A stretch of 64,000 bases of DNA from Malacoraja senta (lineage: Eukaryota): contig CM075997.1 in the NCBI GenBank assembly GCA_038087875.1, positions 434,001-498,000 on the forward strand. Reading direction: 5' to 3'. Shown here piece after piece: positions 1-13,007 of the stretch. The notes beneath the pieces are model-generated. The model was not told the origin of the DNA, did no database searches, and saw only the letters and a program-made list of their open reading frames with translations. Numbering within the stretch: the first letter of the stretch is position 1; each line of letters begins with the position of its first letter. The translations under genes and the position numbers were made by a program.

Positions 1-52
1 GGTTTCCTCCGGGTGCTCCGGTTTCCTGCCGCATCCCAAAGACGAGCGGGTT

Positions 53-1309
53 TAGAATAGAATAGAATAGAATAGAATAGAATAGAAACTTTATTTGCCA
101 CACGACCAAGGTTGGTGGTATTTGGGTTCGGTACATGATGGCACACTGCTTTAGCACATTAACACTAATAACAACACAGATCATAATAATAAAGCACATC
201 ACAAATCTCACCAACAATACATAGTGCAAAAGAACAGACAAAAACCATAGACAAGACACTGTATACATCAAAGTCAAAAAGTTATTGGAGGGAATTAAGT
301 GTTCTTATTGCTGAGGGGAAGAAACTGTTTTTAAAACGGGTGGATTTTGTAGCAAGTGACCTAAGGCGCCTCCCTGAAGGGAGAGACTGGAAAAGGTGGT
401 TTGCTGGATGGGAGGGGTCCGAGATGATCTTTGTTGCCCGTTTTGAGGTACGTTGGATGTAAATGGAATGGATTGAGGGGAGGGGAGAGTTGATGATCCT
501 AGAGGCCTTGGAGACAATGCGCTGTATTCTGTGTAGTGAATGACTGTCAGTGTTTCCTTACCAGACTGTGATTGAGGAGGTGATGATGCTTTCAATGATG
601 GATTGATAGAAGCGTACCAGGAGGTGTTTGTGGACTCTGAACTTCTTGAGCTGTCTGAGGAAGTATAGGCATTGTTGTCCTTTCTTAATGATGTGGTCAG
701 CATTGATGTGCCATTTTCGATTATTGCAGATATAGGTGCCCAGAAACTTAAATAAGTTCGTGGAGGTTATGGGATGGGAGTTGACATGGACCGGGGGTTT
801 GAGGTTTTGTTTGCGTCTGAAATCTATGATGGTTTCTAAGGTTTTTGAGGTGTTAAGCTGGAGGTTGTTGTCTGCGCACCATTTGACTGCGCTGTCCACT
901 GTTTGATGGTATTGTGATTCATTGTTGTCTGAGATGAGGCCAATTATTGTCGTGTCGTCTGCATATTTGAAAATTTTAACTGAGCTGCATTGGGATGTGA
1001 GGTTGTTGGTGTAAAGTGAGAAGAGCTGAGGTGACAGAACGCACCCTTGAGGGGCTCCTGTGTTGAGAGTCAGAGGGCTGGAGAGTTTTTCACCCACCTT
1101 GACTCTTTGTTGTCTGTTTGTCAGAAAATGTAAAATCCAATGGCACATGGCTAGGTGAATGCCCATGTCCAACAGTTTATTGTAGAGTTTAATTGGGTGT
1201 ATAGTATTAAAGGCCGAGCTAAAATCTATAAACAGGATGCGTGCATAAGTGTTCGGTGATTCCAAATGATGTAGGGAGTAGTGAAGAGCTAGGTTGATAG
1301 CATCCTCTG
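53..1309 (-). mobile_element. 5'-truncated Rex1/Babar-like non-LTR retrotransposon (RT domain and 3' end)
   Basis: ORF 558-1265 has RT motifs (FIDFSSAFNTI, GAPQGCVLSPQLF, YADD). The (TAGAA)n run at 53-86 is a (TTCTA)n 3' tail on the minus strand. It interrupts a V-SINE whose halves lie at 1-52 and about 1310-1450. Confidence 0.85.
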
Positions 1310-1631
1310 TTAATCGGCCCCTCTGTAAATTGTCCCCCTAGTGAGTAGTGAGCGGGTGAGAAAGCGGGACGATGTACAACTAATGTGAACGGGTGATCAA
1401 CGGTCGGTGTGGACTCGATGGGCAGAAGGGCCTGTTTCCACACTGTCAATCAATAAATCAAATTGAAGCACTACTCACTGAAGCCCATAAAATATTTCTT
1501 CTATCTCGTTAAATGCATGTGACCACAGACTCACCAACGTCGACGCACACTATATATAACCTGTAGATTGAATTTGAAATAGAATTCAAGGGCTGACGCT
1601 GTGAATGAAAGCCCCGTTCTTTTCTACGCAG

Positions 1632-2583
1632 GTAAAGAGCTTCATCGAAACTCAGAAGGCTCTCCTCACTGAGATACAAAATGGTTGCAAGAGGAATTTC
1701 ATTCTGGCCAAGGAAAAGGAGGAGAAGGAGCAGAAACTGCGTCAGTCTGCCTCCATGCCCGAGATCACCGTGACTCTGTGCGAGAAAGCAGAGGAGTGCC
1801 AGAACGATCGGGCCTGCCCGAAGGAGGAGAGATCGGCAAATGAGAATGGCCAAGAGGGCACTCCGGCCGTGACTGGGAATGCTGAGGAATCGGGTGGTGT
1901 TGGTGAGTCTGTGGCGATGTCCCGCGCTGTGGAATGTAACCGCCATTCGGCAGCAAGAGAGAAGCCGGTGCCTCGGCTTCTGGCCCAGAAGCTCGACGCT
2001 GAACAGCACCGGGATGGTTTGGAGATGGCTGCGGAGACGGAGACGGAGGTGGAGGGTGGGACCGGCCCGGTCACGGGGTCACCGTCGGCAGGGTCAGAGA
2101 GTCCGGATGCCATCGGCTCACCGGCGGAGATCTCTTCACCAAACACTGAGGTGCTGGTGTCCAGCCCCGGCAGGGGCCACAAGGTGTTTGTGGTGACCAG
2201 AGTGGAAAGCCCGCCAGAGGACCCCGACAAACGTGAGCGACAGTGGCTGCAAGAGGCGCTGCAAAACAAGAAGAATAGGGCCATGGACAGAGAGGGTGAA
2301 ACCTCCCCGGAGCCTTCCCCAGGCTCCATATCGGACACCGCAGCGGCCCTGACCGTGACTGTTCCAGCCCCCGGCTCTGACAGGAGTCTCCGGAACCCGG
2401 ATAAGTCGGCAGAAACCGCCGGGCACGACTTTGAGACGGTCTGCGCCAAAGACTGTGATCACGTGATGCACGGGGCTGCCTTGCCAAACGGAGTCAAAGC
2501 CAATCTGGTGCAGAGACTGCCGGAGGGCGCGGTGCTGGCCACGGGGAGGGACGGCAAAGCCGTGAGCTGCAACGTCGAGCAAG
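1632..2583 (+). CDS. PPP1R37: Protein phosphatase 1 regulatory subunit 37, penultimate coding exon
   Basis: ag|VKSFIETQKALLTEIQNGCKRN...SSPGRGHKVFVVTRVESPPE...LPNGVK...SCNVEQ|gtaaac matches the recalled PPP1R37 C-terminal region. 952 nt, ends in phase 1. Confidence 0.93.
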
Positions 2584-3192
2584 GTAAACGCACGCTCTCA
2601 TTCCACCGCTCCCAGTCAGCAGGTGTTCATGCTCCTTGGTTTTATCTGTCCGGAGTTTGTACGTTCTCCCCGTGACCACGTGGGTCTGCTCCGGTTTCCT
2701 CCCACATTCGAAAGATGTGTGGGTAATTGGTTAATTGGCTTGGTAATTGTATAAGAATTGTCCCAAGTGTGTGTAGGATAGTGTTACTGTGTGGGGATCG
2801 CTGGTCGGCACGGACCCGGTGGGCCGAAGGGCCTGTTTCCGTGCTGTGTCTCACTAAACTAAACTTTACAGTGGGAATGCTGAGGTTAGTATAATTAACC
2901 CACCATCACCCCTCCATTCCCTGCCTATCTAAACACGACTATCGTGTCTGACTCCACCACCACCCCAGGCAAACGAAAATGGTAGACAAAAGTACTGGAG
3001 AAACTCAGCGGGTGCGGCAGCATCTATGGAGCGAAGGAAATAGGCAACGTTTAGGGCCGAAAGAAAAACACCTTGAAATGTTGCCTCTTGACACTCCCAC
3101 CCTGGGGAAACAAAGTTTCTGCCTGTCTCCCCTATCCATGCCTCTCATTATTTTATTTTAAATACTAATAGATCTCATTTTTTTCTTTGAAG

Positions 3193-3275
3193 AGTTTACA
3201 ACTCCTAAAACCGAAAAGGAATTGGAGGAGTTATTACTGGAAGCGAGTCAGGAGACCTGCCGTGAAACGTCGTGA
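3193..3275 (+). CDS. PPP1R37: PPP1R37 last coding exon (stop TGA 3273-3275; exon continues to donor at 3285/3286)
   Basis: Phase-1 continuation gives EFTTPKTEKELEELLLEASQETCRETS*, matching the conserved EKELEELLLEASQE C-terminus. Donor cg|gtaagg lies 10 nt after the stop. Confidence 0.92.
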
Positions 3276-4421
3276 AATATAAGCGGTAAGGAACCATTTT
3301 GGATGGGCACAAAAAGCTGGCGTAACTCAGCAGGACAGGCTGCATCTCTGGAGAGAAGGGATGGGTGGCGTTTCGGGTCGAGACCCTTCTTCCCGACCCG
3401 AAACGTCACCCATTCCTTCTCTCCATAGATGCTGCCTCGCCCGCTGAGTTACTCCAGCATTTTGTGTCTACCTTCGATTTTATCCAGCATCTGCAGTTTC
3501 TCAACACTTTAGTTTAGAGATACTGCGGGGTAACGGGCCCTTCAGCTCGCCTAGTCCTTGCCGACCAGCGATCCCCGCACATTAACACAAGCCTACACGC
3601 ACAATTTACACTTATACCAAGAGTATACAAATCCAAGCCAATTAACCTACAAATCTGCACGTCTTTAGGGTGTGAAAAGAAACCGAAGATCTCGGAAAAA
3701 ATCCCAACGCAGTTTACAGGGAGAAAGTACAAACTCCGTACAGACAGCACCCATAGTCAGGATGGAACCTGGGTCTCTGGTGCTGCAAGCGCTAAGGCAG
3801 CAACTCTACCGCTGCGCCACCATGCCGGCCTATCTTTTAGCTTTTCACCTTCATCTACATTGAAAAGACATTTGGACAGGAACATGGTTAGTAAAGGTTG
3901 AGGGCTTGGACACGCTAGAGGCAGGAAACATGTTCCCGATGTTGGGGGAGTCCAGAACCAGGGTCCACATAGTTTAAGAATAAGGAGTAAGCCGTTTAGA
4001 ACGGAGACGAGGAAACACTTTTTCTCACAGAGAGTGGTGAGTCTGTGGAATTTTCTGCCTCAGAGGGCGGTGGAGGCAGGTTCTCTGTATGCTTTCAAGA
4101 GAGAGCTAGATAGGGCTCTTAAAGATAGCGGAGTCAGGGGATATGGGGAGAAGGCAGGAACGGGGTACTGATTGGGGATGATCAGCCATGATCACATTGA
4201 ATGGCGGTGCTGGCTCGAAGGGCCAAATGGCCTCCTCCTGCACCTATTGTCTATTGTTGAGAGGGATATAGGCCAAAAGCAGGCAGGTGGGACTAGTGTA
4301 GATGGGGCTTCTTTGTTGGCGTGGGCAAGTTGGGCTGAAGGGCTTGTTTCCGTGCTGGATCACTCCACGGCTCTACAACAAAGCATTAACTTTCAACATG
4401 TGTTTTTGTGTTCTTCTGCAG

Positions 4422-6830
4422 TGTCTGCCGGGTCCCGTTGGATGTAATGACCTTGATGATAGATGCCTGTGTGGCTTCCCCCCCCCCTCCCCACCCGTCC
4501 CCTCCCCCTCCTCCTCCTCCTCCTCCTCAACGGCAACAGCAACAACAACAAAAGAAAAACACTTTCCTCCCTGACCTCTCCTCGCTGCCCCTTGCCTCGG
4601 AGCAGGCGGGAGTTAGACGGCCCGCCGTCGACCTGCGTCACTCACCGCCCGTTGTTCCACCCCTCCTCTGGCGGGGGGGGGGGGGTGGAGTGAGTTACAC
4701 CGCCACCCGATTTAATTTTTGCTGGGAGCGCATATCAAAGAAGAAGCACCCCGTGGTAGAGGGTGGGTTGCTGCGGGCCGCACCTGAAGATTGGGGGGGT
4801 GGGGGCTTCCTCCTCGTTGTGAGCAGAGCTGCCCTCACAGGGGAGAAACGGGTCGGGGGCATTGAGTCTGGAATCTGAACAAACGAGGCAACTCCTGGAC
4901 CTGTAGATTTCCTCCGTGATACTGTATATGTAACAGGGCCTGGGTTAACCCGTGATCCGCAAAGTTAGATTCCCCTTCCTTCACGACTGTCGCCAGAGAT
5001 TTTAGTAATAACAGGGTAGGACCAATATTGTAGAGACCAGTCTCTCCCTCTCTTCCTCCCTCCCTCAATACTGACCACTGGTCTCCACTGTAAGTGTTTT
5101 CATGGTGATTTTATTAGCACTATCTGTGTGCGTGTGTGTGTGTGTGTTTGTGAACAGTGGGAATCGAAACAAAATACAGTAAAGGGAACTTTCATCCCAC
5201 TTACTGTTTCTGTTGTATCTCACCCTGTGAGTTTTATATTTCCCCCCCCCCCCCCTTCTCTAGATTAGAAGTTATTTATTTTTGGTCTTATTCATTATCA
5301 GCGTTGGTTTTAATATGTTTAGGAGTGGCCGTGTGGGGTTTGCGCCTGAAGAGATAGCGGTTTGACGTTTCGTGTAGGGTCGAGGTCCCACCTGGGCTTG
5401 GTACCGGGCGCAAGAGATCTCCTCAACAAAGACCTTTCCAAGTCACTTTTCGTGCCACACGTCGGCCAGCTTCTAGAGATGAACACTATTTTAACTAGCT
5501 TGGTCAGTGACATTAGTCATACTCACTACAAAGCTGACCCCTGGATCGTTATCTTAGTGGACGTGAAGGCTAGTTGTGTACAAATTGGCTGCTACATTTA
5601 TAGAAGTATAATAATAATAATAATCGTGACTACAAGCCGGAGGAGAAAGCATCATTGTTTAGGTTGAGCTGTTGTCCTGAGTTCACGAAGACATCAGATA
5701 CGTGTTCCGTCTTTTTTTTTTTTAGTTATCTTTCCAACCGTTTTATAAAGGTCAGTCTATCCAAGCGGGTTTCTGTTTGTTAATCTTTAAAGGGGGGCAA
5801 AGTGATTTTTTTTTTAAACGCTTTGGCAATGATTCTTGCTAAGGATGCTGAAAATGCCTGGCGATCTTTAACAGCACAGAGAGGGAAAAAATGCATTTCC
5901 TACATTCCTGCAGCACATCCAATTTCCACCGATGCTATTTTGACAGACTTTTCCATCAGGTGGTGACATTTAGGACTAGAATCGTGCCCTGGTTGTGGAT
6001 TGTTCTGTAGTTCTACGGCCAGCTTTGGGCATCTTCCCCCCCCCCCCCCCCCCTTTTTTGCTTTTATTCCCAGGCCCGAGTTGTGCTTATTTCCATCGTT
6101 ACTTCGACCAAACCGCAGATGGCTCCGTGCCTAAACCACAGAAACGTTCCCTAGCCGCTGCAAGTCCGTCGCTTGGATCGGACAACGCGACCTCTGTCGC
6201 TTTCCATCCAGTTATTCGGGAAAACAATTGATATCCAATCCATTGGTGTTTGGTGAAGTAAAAATAGAACGTGCTGGCAAACCACAACAGATCAGGCCAA
6301 TATCTGTAGACAATCAGATCAGGCCAACATCTGTCGGTGAAACAAACTGCTGGATATACTAGACTAGACCAACATCATTGTGCAGCCGTATATAAGTCCC
6401 ATGCAAATCATTTGCTTCCAGCATTTCTCTGCTTTTATTTTCAGACTCCAAGCTTTTTTGCTTTTCATCTTGAAAGTGTGCGATTTCCCCGATGCATCAG
6501 GAGGGGAATAAAGCATGTGGCTTCAAGCTGATTATTTACGACATGTCCCATTGCATCTGGCCTGGCTGGCGAGCAGAATGTTCTGTTTTTAGCCTGGCTG
6601 CTTGGGTGGGGGGGAAATATCACATAGGATGTGTACGCTTTGATGTTTCCTGAAGCTGGCAGCCTCTGGGAGCACTAGAGAACCACATCCATCTCCTGCC
6701 TCGTTGCCTGCCCCCTGGTCCAATTGCTTTGTGGTACAGGGTTGTAAAACTGAAGCAATACGTGCAATACCTTGACCTTTTATTCCCTCTATTGCGCCGA
6801 ACGAGTGGGGAAATATGAAGACCATTTAAA

Positions 6831-6873
<43 letters not shown>

Positions 6874-9800
6874 AAAATCATCTTCCCTGGCTTTTACAAT
6901 AGACAATAGGTGCAGGAGGAGTCATTAAAAAATGTCGATAAGGAACGATTAATGATAATAATAAAGTGCAAACTCTGGTGGTTCCTGTTTTTAAAACTGT
7001 AGAGAACAATAATGGACAATAGGTGCAGGAGTAGGCCATTCGGCCCTTCGAGCCAGCACCGCCATTCAATGTGATCAATGGCTGATCATCCACAACTCTT
7101 AGAGAGAGTGTTAATTTACTCTTAGAGATTTTCATTTTTGTTTTATTTTCCTTTTAAATGAATGTCCATGTGGAAAAGCTGTAATGGGGGAGGGGAGGGG
7201 GGAGGGGGGAGGTCCAAACAGTTATTTTTTACCTTGTCTGGGGGCAGGCACATTGTGCAAAGAGGTGAAGACTGGAGTGGGGACATTAACTCCCAATTCT
7301 ACCTCGGTGGTGTTGATGTTCCTTCACCAGGACTGCTCTCTAGTCATAAAAAATGTCGATAAGGAAAGATTAATAATAATAATAACGTGCAAACTCTGGT
7401 GGTTCCTGTTTTTTTAACTTGTAGAGAACAATAATAGAGAATAGGTGCAGGAGGAGTAGGCCATTCGGCCCTTCGAGCCAGCACCGCCATTCAATGTGAT
7501 CAATGCAGGCTGTCACTGCCCATTCACTCAGCCACAGGCTCTCCTGTGGTTTAACGTTGAGTGGCCGAGCTGCCCGTTTCTGGGGATGGGATGGGTGGGT
7601 GGGGGGGGGGGGTTGAGACGGCAGATAGACACAAACAGCTGGAGTAACTCAGCGGGGCAGGCAGCATCTCTGGAGAGAAGGAATGGGTGGTGTTTCGGGT
7701 CAGCCGAGTGTTGTTTCAAGCAGAAGGTAGACAAAAAATGCTGGAGAAACTCAGCGGGTGGGGCCCGAAACGTCGCCTATTCCTTCGCTCCATAGATGCT
7801 GCCTCACCCGCTGAGTTTCTCCAGTATTTTTGTCTACCTTCGACTTTTCCACCATCTGCAGTTCCTTCTTAAACAGTTGTTTCAGGTGGGTGGCTGTCCT
7901 CCACCTACTCTGTGCCTGGGCTAAGCGCTGTACACATTGCGAAGTCTCCCCCCTACTCCCTGACGGATGGTGTTCTGATCCCTGTGATGGCCCTGCCCCG
8001 CCGGAGAATGGTGAAGAAAGACAACTCGACATTCTCTCCGAGACCCACGACCAGATGTTGCAGGGATCGATGGTGGACAATGTTGCAGCTAGCACACACA
8101 AAACGCTGGAGTAACTCAGCGGGACAGGCAGCATCTCTGGAGAGAAGGGATGGGGCGACGTTTCGGGGTCGAGACCCTCCTTCGGACAAGAACCCTTATG
8201 CAGCAAGACTGACTAAAACAGACTGCAGGCAGTGGCTGGTATATGACCCACGCCAACTTCACCCCTTCCCCGGTCTCGCACTTGAGGTGCCCGCATCGAT
8301 GACCAGCTGCGGTGGGGATGGCAGATGGCAGAGGAGAGAGGAGTTAAGTCAACTTTATTTGACTAGACTCAAGGTGTCCAGTGAAATGAAAGTGGCAATG
8401 CCTGCGGGTTGTGCAGAAAACAGAACAGGAGAGCTCACCTTATGCAAGTACATCCCCATTTTCTAAAGTGACTCTAAGGGGAATGCATCTGACTTCTACA
8501 CACTACACAGGAGGTTGTGGCAATCCTGTCAGTGCTAAACTGCAGAGGGGTTTGTATTTAAAAAGTGCAATGATTGTTCAGGGGTCGACCATTGAGCATA
8601 AGTGCATGCAGGTTACAGTAGGACATGTACAACTTGATGCTGTGACCTTCACACCCTGAAACGCAGCGGATTTGAATATAGTATAACACTATGTATAAAG
8701 ATATGTGTTACCTGGTGTCACTGGGCGCCTTTTAAAGTCTGATTCTTTTTTTATTTGTTTCCTGATGTATTCTCCTGAGGGGTTTGTTGTGGGGATATAA
8801 TTGTAGTTTGGGTTTTCTGCAGTTTCTGTTTGTTGTGTCAACTCTCTCTCTCTGCCACACTCGAGGACTATCCCGGCGGACCCAGAGGCGTCGCTTGAGA
8901 CTGTCCGGTCTGGACAGGGTGGGGGTGGTGGTGGCAGCTCCCACTGGCTGCTAGATCCACGACCCCAATCCTTTCGAAGATAGACACCAAAAACTGGGGT
9001 GACTCAGCGGGTCAGGCAGCATCTCTGGAGAGAAGGAATAGGCGACGTTTCGGGACGAGACCCTTCTTCAGACTGAGAGTCTGGGAGAGGGAGACTAGAG
9101 ATATGGAAGGGTATGGTGTGAAAGTGACCGATCAAAGCAGTCGTTTGCACACCTTACCGTTCCTCTCCCTGACTCTGTCTGAAGAAGTGGCTCGGCCCAA
9201 AACGTCACCCATTCCTAACCTTCTCTCCGGAGATGCTGTCTGACCGGCTGAGTTACTCCAGCTTTTTGTGTCTATCTTCGGTTTAAATCTGCAGTTTCTT
9301 CCCACTCCAATCCTTTCTCCCGTCAGTGGGGTTTTGTTTTTATTTATAAGCCCCCAGAGAGGAGTTGGCGTCGCACATCAGAAGCCGCCGCCTCTCGTGA
9401 GGTTGTTGGTCCAACGAAACAAAAGGGGACAAAGGGCTGGAGTAACTCAAGCGGGTCAGGCAGCATCTCTGGAGAACATGGATGGGCCAGGGAGCATCTG
9501 GAGAACATGGATGGGTCAGGCAGCATCTGGAGAATATTGATGGGTCAGGCAGCATCTCTGGAGAACATGGACGGGTCAGGCAGCATCTCTGGAGAACATG
9601 GATGGGTCAGGCAGCATCTCTGGAGAACATGGATGGGTCAGGCAGCATCTCTGGAGAACATGGATGGGTCAGGCAGCATCTCTGGAAAACATTGATGGGT
9701 CAGGCAGCATCTCTGGAGAACATTGATGGGTCAGGCAGCATCTCTGGAGAACATGGGTGGGTCAGGCAGCATCTCTGGAGAACATGGATGGGTCAGGCAG

Positions 9801-10950
9801 CATCTCTGGAGAACATGGATGGGTCAGGCAGCATCTCTGGAGAAAATGGATAGGCCAGGCAGCATCTCTGGAGAACATTGATGGGTCAGGCAGCATCTGG
9901 AGAACATTGATGGGTCAGGCAGCATCTGGAGAATATTGATGGGTCAGGGAGCATCTCTGGAGAACATGGATGGGTCAGGGAGCATCTCTGGAGAACATGG
10001 ATGGGTCAGGCAGCATCTCTGGAGAACATGGATGGGTCAGGCAGCATCTGGAGAACATTGATGGGTCAGGCAGCATCTCTGGAGAACATTGATGGGTCAG
10101 GCAGCATCTGGAGAACGAGGATAGATGACGTTTTGGGTCAGGACCATTCTTCAGACCCAACCCAAAACGTCACCTATCCATGTTCTCCACATATGCTGCC
10201 CGACCCGCTGAGTTACTCCAGCACTCTGTGTCCTTTTGTACATTAACCAGCATCTGCAGTTCTTTGTTTCTTCACTTTGACTGCTGGTACAACAAGTTGT
10301 TCAACCAAGAATAAACACACATGCACCCAGTGCGGGCCTGGTTAATGTTTCCAACTGTGAAGGTCGGTAGCATCCGTGTCTGGAATAAAACGAACGGGAA
10401 CAAAGTGGGAAAGCAGCCTCCCTGTGAGGGAGGTGTCACTTCACAGCAACCAATTTAATATTTGACTTATTTTTCTGGTACAATACAAATTTTAGCACAG
10501 TGGCCCCAAACCCACTCGGGACAATTGATGTGAGGTATGTTTATTTGCAACCATCTAAAGATGGCCCAATGCCAATCCAATACATGTGACTTATTTGAAC
10601 TCATGTTATGTTAACCAGCGCTCAGTCAGCTGCGTGGCGTTGTACCCTTCACCACAAGAGTCCCATTCTGTCTATCTGTGGTGGTGGAGGTGGGCAGGTG
10701 TCCGGGCAAGCCGGTGTGGCCACCTGCCAGTGGGTGCAGGAGCATGAATCTCCCCCCCCCCCCGTTCGGTCAATGCGATGCTTCCTCAACCCCATGCACT
10801 TGTACAAAATACTTGATTAATCTGCTGATTCTGTATAAGTGGATAAACTGTCCACTAACTGAGATGAACCGAATGCAATTATGTGAGTTTTAGGCATTTT
10901 TGGATTTATTCAGAATCTTGGTTAACAAATAAAAATGTAAAAAAAAAACA
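4422..10950 (+). other. PPP1R37: Probable non-coding terminal (3'UTR) exon of PPP1R37; 3' end uncertain
   Basis: Strong acceptor tgtttttgtgttcttctgcag at 4421, followed by mostly unique UTR-like sequence. AATAAA candidates near 6960 and at 10928-10933. Confidence 0.45.
9453..10115 (+). repeat. Minisatellite, about 21 copies of a 29-31 bp unit GGGTCAGGCAGCATCTCTGGAGAACATGGAT
   Basis: Direct tandem repetition. The unit is an internal piece of the abundant inverted-repeat element whose arms flank the array. Confidence 0.95.
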
Positions 10951-12121
10951 TTCTTAAGTCATAGTGAGTTGTTGTGAAATTCTTTCTGTGCTTGGAATTT
11001 GGTGACAGATCGACCCACTGTTCAAGGAGAGGATCTTCAGTCTATATGTATATCATTCCTATTGTTACCTTCCCTATTCCAGCACATTCAGTTTCTCTTC
11101 GCTTTAAACCTTGGACCTTAGAGATACCGCGCGGAAACAGGCCTTTCGGCCCACCGAGTCCATGCCAACCAGCGATCGTCCCAGACACTAACATTATCCC
11201 ACACACAAGGGATGATTTACGATTTTGTAACCGAAGCCTATTAACCTACAAACCTGTGTAGGAAGAAACTGAAGATAGATAGAAAATAGGTGCAGGAGGA
11301 GGCCATTCGGCCCTTCGAGTCAGCACCACAATTTTCTATGTTTCTATGTTTTCTATGTCACTGGGTCACTAGTTAGGGGGTCACTGGGTCACTAGTTAGG
11401 GGGGTCACTAGTTAGGGGGTCATTGTGATCATGGCTAATCGTCCCCTATCAATAACCCGTGCCTGCCTTCTCCCCATATCCCTTGACTCCACTAGCCCCT
11501 AGAGCTCTATCTAACTCTCTCTTAAATCCATCCAGTGACTTGGCCTCCACTGCCCTCTGTGGCAGGGAATTCCACAAATTCACAACTTTCTGGGTGAAAA
11601 AGTTTTTTCTCACCTCAGTCTTAAATGACCTCCCCTTTATTCTAAGACTGTGGCCCCTGGTTCTGGACTCGCCCAACATTGGGAACATTTTTCCTGCATC
11701 GAGCTTGTCCAGTCCTTTTATAATTTTATATGTTTCTATAAGACCCCCCCCTCATCCTTCTAAACTGCAGTGAATACAAGCCTGGTCTTTTCAATCTTTC
11801 CTCATATGATAGGCCCGCCATCCCAGGGATCAATCTCGTAAGATGCTGGTTTACACCGAAGATAGACACAAAATGCTGGAGTAACTCAGCGGGACAGGCA
11901 GCATCTCTGGAGAGAAGGAATGGGTGGGAGACCCTTCTTCAGACTGAGAGTCAGGGGCTGGTCTATCGACAGAAAAGTCTGTCCTTCAGAAGGGATTTGT
12001 AATCAACCGCGGAACCGATCGCCTGATGACTGGTTACACCAAACCCAAACCTATTAGGAGCAGACGAGGGCATTCGTTCCAATTTGAGACACCCAGCTAC
12101 CAAGACAGATGTGTACAGCAA

Positions 12122-12363
12122 AGGTAGACAAAAATGCTGGAGAAACTCAGCGGGTGCAGCAGCATCTATGGAGCGAAGGAAATAGGTAACGTTTCGGCCC
12201 AAAACCCTTCGGGTTTCGACCCGAAACGTTGCCTATTTCCTTTGGGTTTCGGCCCGAAACGTTGCCTATTTCCTTCGCTCCATAGATGCTGCTGCACCCG
12301 CTGAGTTTCTCCAGCACTTTTGTGTACCTTCGATTTTCCAGCATCTGCAGTTCCTTCTTTAAC
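12122..12363. mobile_element. Inverted-repeat Penelope-like element derivative with 17-bp TSD
   Basis: Arms are reverse complements of each other. ACAGATGTGTACAGCAA is duplicated at 12105-12121 and 12364-12380. Confidence 0.7.
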
Positions 12364-12579
12364 ACAGATGTGTACAGCAATTCATTCTTCCACTGCACAA
12401 TTAAAGCATGGAATAATCTCCACCCTACCATAGTTACCCAACCAGATGCAACTAAATTTAAGGTAGCTCTTTATTCCAAAAAAAAACCTTTCTGGCTTAA
12501 GTCCTCCCTCCACCACCTCCAGTTTATATTCCATTTTGGAATGAGGACCAAGAGGACCAAGAAGACGGGTTGCTGCTGT

Positions 12580-12760
12580 GGGGAGCGAGGGAGGGGGGGA
12601 CGATTATCCCGGCGGACCCGGAGCGGGGCGGAAGTGGCGGCGGCGGCGGCTGCAGCGGGGCGGAAGTGGCCGCGGGGGGGAGGGGGGAGGGGGAGGCATT
12701 TGGCGCGTGCGCTGTGAGGCGGCGGCAGCAGGAGGAGGCCGGAGTAAGATGGCGGAGTGA
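12580..12760 (+). promoter_or_regulatory. CLASRP: CpG-rich housekeeping promoter and probable non-coding exon 1 of CLASRP
   Basis: Two ETS/GABP motifs GCGGAAGTG (12628-12636, 12660-12668), an NRF1-like GCGCGTGCGC (12703-12712) and a YY1 motif AAGATGGCGG (12746-12755). Candidate donors at 12744 (gtaaga) and 12757 (gtgagg). Lies upstream of the CLASRP coding exons. Confidence 0.75.
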
Positions 12761-12780
12761 GGTTGGAGGTTGGAGGTTGC

Positions 12781-12886
12781 GGGGGGACGGGGGGGGGACA
12801 GGGGGGACAGGGGGGACAAGGGGGGGGACAGGGGGGACAGGGGGGGGACAGGGGGGGACAGGGGGGACAGGGGGGACAGGGGGGGG
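12781..12886 (+). repeat. (GGGGGGACA)n G-rich tandem repeat
   Basis: Visible tandem G-run repeat. Confidence 0.9.
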
Positions 12887-13007
12887 TCGCTGGGGTACAG
12901 GGGGCACTGGGAATACGGGGTACAGGGGTCAGCGGGTCTGGTGCTGGCTCGAAGGGCCGAATGGCCTCCTCCTCCTGCACCTATTTTCTATGTTTCTATG
13001 TTTTCTA

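Noticed and set aside
1742..2582. Antisense ORFs over the PPP1R37 exon (and 35373-36101, 37113-37805 over CLASRP exons)
   Set aside because: Shadow or alternative frames of GC-rich coding exons. The spliced frame matches the known proteins.
7860..8960. Possible small gene such as GEMIN7 between PPP1R37 and CLASRP
   Set aside because: ORFs here show no similarity I can recognise and no convincing splice structure.
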